From: Minisyncoccota bacterium
Lineage (GTDB): Bacteria; Patescibacteriota; Minisyncoccia; Minisyncoccales; JAGOPM01
Direction of reading: 5' to 3'
NCBI GenBank assembly: GCA_041651395.1
Contig: JBAZJI010000001.1
Coordinates: 443,920 to 507,919 of the forward strand
DNA length: 64,000 nt
In this document: positions 62,992 through 64,000 of the stretch, one piece after another
How positions within the stretch are numbered: the first letter of the stretch is position 1
Layout: every line of letters starts with the position of its first letter
Position numbers and translations under genes: made by a program
Notes under the pieces: model-generated
Told to the model about the DNA's origin: nothing
Databases searched by the model: none
What the model saw: only the letters and a program-made list of their open reading frames with translations

Positions 62992-63888
62992 TTAGTCAGT
63001 TATCAAAGTCGTACAGGTATTGTCGGTGTATGGGCCGGTTCCCACTACTGCACCAGTAAATACGCAAGCTCCAGTTGGCATTTTTCTCCAGCCGGGAGCT
63101 CCGAAAGGCACACACTGTCCTTGGTAGCAAGTAGACCCAGAGCCTCCTTCAGGGTTGCATTGAACATTTGCACAAAGGTCAACGCAGACAAAATTCTCAT
63201 TGTGTCTGGTTTGTATGGCTTCCAGGGAAATATCAGCAGTTAACTTGTCAGTTTGAGATTCACTATTCACCAATGAACCATCGCAACCATTAGCGGAAGC
63301 GGTACCAAAGCACCATTGCTTAGTCACGCAAGTTTCCACACCGGGCTGGAAAGCAGAACCAGTAATGCTATCGGCAATAGCGAACTTGCCAACATTGGCA
63401 AACAAAGTCCAATCTTTCAAAGTAACCTCACCGGCGTCTTGGGTTCCATTGCAATCTCCATCAGCAAAAAACTTGATGTAGAGCTGCTTGTCGATTTCAC
63501 CAACATCGGCAGTAGTGTCGCCTGCTTTTGTTTCGGGGCTGGTCAAATCATTCTCGATAGAATCAACTTTGCTTATCTCACCGCAAACCCAAGCCGGGTT
63601 GGAATCGACTTTGATTTTAATGGTATCGTGACCATTATCACCGGGTTTAAGGTCGGTCAAATCAAAGAACTTCTGATTGGTTAAATCACTTGGATCCCAT
63701 TCAGTCATATTATTGACTGGACCATTAACTACCACTTTGGAATCACCAACCTTGAGGTCAATGGAACCGGCAGTGAATTGGTTGTTCAAAGAAATCTCCT
63801 TGTCAGAGAAATAGGCAATAGTGCCTCCGATTGCGGCGATTGCAACAATGGCAATAGCGGCAATGGATATAACTAATTTCTTATTCAT
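62992..63888 (-). CDS. TasA/camelysin-family protein with SipW-cognate signal peptide (candidate major fibre subunit) and Cys-rich C-terminal extension
   Basis: 298 aa. The N-terminus is MNKKLVISIAAIAIVAIAAIGGTIAYFSDKE. Other motifs are FTAGSIDLKV, DLKPGD and LEAIQTRHN, the typical TasA/CalY pattern. The C-terminal ~70 aa carry 10 Cys. Confidence 0.75.
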   Translation of the reverse strand: MNKKLVISIAAIAIVAIAAIGGTIAYFSDKEISLNNQFTAGSIDLKVGDSKVVVNGPVNNMTEWDPSDLTNQKFFDLTDLKPGDNGHDTIKIKVDSNPAWVCGEISKVDSIENDLTSPETKAGDTTADVGEIDKQLYIKFFADGDCNGTQDAGEVTLKDWTLFANVGKFAIADSITGSAFQPGVETCVTKQWCFGTASANGCDGSLVNSESQTDKLTADISLEAIQTRHNENFVCVDLCANVQCNPEGGSGSTCYQGQCVPFGAPGWRKMPTGACVFTGAVVGTGPYTDNTCTTLITD

Positions 63889-64000
63889 ATTATTTTTTAT
63901 TTTATTTTTACCTTTTATTCAGGCCTTTATCACTCGCCCCAAAATGAGGCGAGTTGAAAGGCCTAAAGATGATTAGTCTTGTGTAGGCTGAGGAAATGCT

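Noticed and set aside
1-64000. Alternative genetic code (UGA recoding as in Gracilibacteria/Absconditabacteria)
   Set aside because: Conserved proteins (eno, gap, ftsZ, the aaRS genes) are full length under code 11. Genes end on TGA as well as TAA/TAG at the expected positions.
1-64000. CRISPR arrays, tRNA/rRNA genes, IS elements, integrases, and DGR (reverse transcriptase plus TR/VR)
   Set aside because: All intergenic gaps are under 300 nt and are accounted for by promoters, a riboswitch or hairpins. No regularly spaced direct repeats and no transposase, integrase or RT-like ORFs were seen. The only DNA repeats are intragenic (55.1-55.7 kb).

Overview
The window looks like a fragment of a small, streamlined bacterial genome of the Candidate Phyla Radiation / Patescibacteria type. 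This placement is an inference from gene content: short MetK and Obg, archaeal-type AspRS, ADP-forming acetyl-CoA synthetase, EndoQ-like and CarS-like genes, very large secreted proteins, and standard code 11. Roughly 90% of the coding sequence is on the minus strand, in tightly packed runs with 1-4 nt overlaps at many junctions. Content by region: (i) 0-24 kb is housekeeping: mraY, aspS, trpS, valS, a SAM-I riboswitch with metK, obg, ferredoxin, a PfkB kinase, ppsA, acdB/acdA, gap, gpmI, eno, galU, plus two paralogous thioredoxin-fold membrane proteins. (ii) 24-27 kb holds ftsZ, a CarS(DUF46)-like gene and an EndoQ-like gene. (iii) 27-42 kb is a co-directional run of a UvrD-type helicase-nuclease, then duplicated pairs of secreted papain-like (C1) peptidase and vWA proteins with an embedded PD-(D/E)XK nuclease. 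(iv) 42-50 kb holds prmC, a YbaB-like gene, pepA, a flavoprotein, a stand-alone NrdD C-terminal (glycyl-radical) module coupled to a Cys-rich membrane protein, and small orphan cassettes. (v) 50-64 kb is a surface-protein island: a peptidoglycan-binding-repeat protein, a Cys-rich/thrombospondin-type-3/GLUG protein, and a sipW operon with four TasA/camelysin-like proteins. I saw no rRNA, tRNA, CRISPR array, transposase or integrase. All domain calls come from motif recognition by eye and no searches were run. The best candidates for an undescribed system are the sipW/TasA-like multi-subunit fibre locus (56-64 kb) and the duplicated secreted vWA + papain-like peptidase operon (27-39 kb).
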